Source of the DNA: a virus | Lineage: Duplodnaviria; Heunggongvirae; Uroviricota; Caudoviricetes | Direction: 5' to 3' (one strand) | Length of the DNA stretch: 64,000 nucleotides | IMG/VR virus record: IMGVR_UViG_3300045988_010208 | Part shown: piece after piece, positions 62,578-64,000 of the stretch | Layout: each line of letters begins with the position of its first letter | How positions within the stretch are numbered: the stretch's first letter is position 1 | The notes under the pieces: model-generated | What the model saw: the letters and a program-made list of their open reading frames with translations, nothing else | Database searches by the model: none | Told to the model about the DNA's origin: nothing | Position numbers and translations under genes: made by a program

Positions 62578-62873
62578 GTAAAACAATTCGAAGAAAAGGT
62601 TTAAAGAACGTTCATGGGCTTTATGAGTGGAGAAATGAGGTACGTAACAGAGAAAACGCTTCAGATGTCTACTTCCATTCTGATATGATGTCCAGAAAAG
62701 GTGGCTCTTATGACTTTACAAGCCAACCTTGTAGAGAGATTAAGAAGGCTACTAAACGTCTTACAAGAACACAAATAAGGCAGCTTTCTAAGACATCTTT
62801 CTTAGATGAAGACTTTGACATTGATAGTAAGTCCCCAAAGAAAGCTGCTAAGAACACTTATATGTATTGGTGA
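62574..62873 (+). CDS. Hypothetical protein
   Basis: 99-aa ORF. Confidence 0.4.
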   Translation: MSKTIRRKGLKNVHGLYEWRNEVRNRENASDVYFHSDMMSRKGGSYDFTSQPCREIKKATKRLTRTQIRQLSKTSFLDEDFDIDSKSPKKAAKNTYMYW

Positions 62874-62882
62874 GGTAACTAG

Positions 62883-63368
62883 ATGAATTACATGGAGATT
62901 AGACCATTTGATACAGCTAATGGTGAAGGGGTTCGTGTAAGCCTCTTCGTAGCTGGTTGTAAGCATCACTGTGAAGGCTGCTTTAACAGGGAGTCTTGGA
63001 AGTTTAATGCTGGTAAAGAGTTCACTTATGCAAACCTCTATGGAATCATCCAGTTAATGGGTGACGATGCTGTCAGTGGGTTGTCAATACTTGGTGGAGA
63101 ACCTCTGGATGATAGAAATATTCAAGAGGTTACCAACATATGCAAACGTATTAAAACTGTTTATCCAGAGAAGTCTATATGGTTATGGACGGGTTTTCAA
63201 CTACACGAAAAAATTCACCTAGATGTGATGAAATATGTTGACGTGGTGATTGATGGTAAGTATGATTCATCTAAACCAACAGTTAAACCGTATCGTGGTT
63301 CTGATAACCAAAACCTCTGGAGAAAAGAGTATGGGTGGCAAGGCGATTGTCAGTGGAGAGCCGAGTAA
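62883..63368 (+). CDS. nrdG: Anaerobic ribonucleotide reductase activating protein (radical SAM)
   Basis: CxxxCxxC radical-SAM cluster motif (CKHHCEGC) near N-terminus, ~160 aa. Confidence 0.8.
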   Translation: MNYMEIRPFDTANGEGVRVSLFVAGCKHHCEGCFNRESWKFNAGKEFTYANLYGIIQLMGDDAVSGLSILGGEPLDDRNIQEVTNICKRIKTVYPEKSIWLWTGFQLHEKIHLDVMKYVDVVIDGKYDSSKPTVKPYRGSDNQNLWRKEYGWQGDCQWRAE

Positions 63369-63434
63369 GTCTCGTCGTAAAGTAGGTTATCGGTAAAGGC
63401 CACTTTACAATGCTCTACAGAACAAACTTAGCCG

Positions 63435-63752
63435 TTGGTGTCACTGAAGAAGAACTTAAAACATTTTGTGAAAAGATTGAGAGAGAGATACGAAATGGGA
63501 ATCTGGAATAGTTTTAAAGCAAAAGTAAAAGCAGCACTAGCTTCATTAGGTATGCTCACTGGGGTTGATGTGACTCATCTTATGCAGAACTTTAAGATGG
63601 ATGAGAAGCTGGCTAATGAGATTATGAAAAGTATCTATGTAGGCCGTGGTAAAGGTGGTAAGAAACAAGCCCACCGTCCGTCTGGTGCAGCAGCTATTAA
63701 ACGAGCAGCTAAGAAAGCTCGTAACCGTAAACGTAATAAGAAGGCTAAATAA
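63435..63752 (+). CDS. Hypothetical protein with basic C-terminal tail
   Basis: 105-aa ORF; C-terminus KRAAKKARNRKRNKKAK. Confidence 0.4.
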   Translation: MVSLKKNLKHFVKRLRERYEMGIWNSFKAKVKAALASLGMLTGVDVTHLMQNFKMDEKLANEIMKSIYVGRGKGGKKQAHRPSGAAAIKRAAKKARNRKRNKKAK

Positions 63753-63755
63753 TCA

Positions 63756-64000
63756 TGAGCAAAGTTTATAACACTCGCAAATTACAGATTTTCGTACTGT
63801 GTCAGTTTATGGCTAAAGAATACAATTTCTACTATTGTGGTACAGGTTTCATTAGCGACGATGATGGCTCATACCTCCCATTCAAAGAAGCTGTAAAGCT
63901 CTTTAATGGAGAGGAAAGCTCTAAGAAAGATATTGAAAAGGTTAAGCTAACCTACAGCAAGAAAGATAAGAAGATTATCTGCCTAGATAACTTTGTAAAA
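63756..64000 (+). CDS. Hypothetical protein, 5' partial (continues beyond window end)
   Basis: ATG at 63756 opens a frame with no stop before the window end. Confidence 0.4.

Overview
AT-rich (~40% GC by eye) window from a virulent tailed phage with a contractile tail; gene content and order resemble Felix O1-type myoviruses, though that identification is from memory, not a search. Layout: (1) 1-4700, the N-terminus of an endolysin on the minus strand, two tandem paralogous genes (one carrying three Ig-like repeats), small hypotheticals and a vWA/MIDAS protein; (2) 4860-10290, a plus-strand array of about 27 tRNA genes interrupted by an HNH endonuclease gene, two protein genes and a family of inverted-repeat-bounded spacer elements; (3) 10500-34200, the plus-strand morphogenesis module (large terminase, portal, S49 protease/scaffold, major capsid, sheath, tube, chaperone with a -1 frameshift site, tape measure, baseplate, two His-box tail fibres); (4) 34260-45460, minus-strand early genes (thymidylate synthase, DHFR, ATP-dependent ligase, family A DNA polymerase, HNH); (5) 45690-64000, plus-strand replication and nucleotide metabolism (dNMP kinase, primase-helicase, SSB-like, 5'-3' exonuclease, NrdA/B/H/D/G) with further homing endonucleases. 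The most unusual non-coding signals are the tRNA-array spacer elements with covarying stems, and a duplicated ~250-bp composite repeat (CCAGACC tracts, AT-rich palindromes, hairpins with a conserved loop) flanking a two-gene cassette at 38237-39282. All calls are from reading the sequence and ORF track by eye; coordinates of RNA features are approximate to a few nt.
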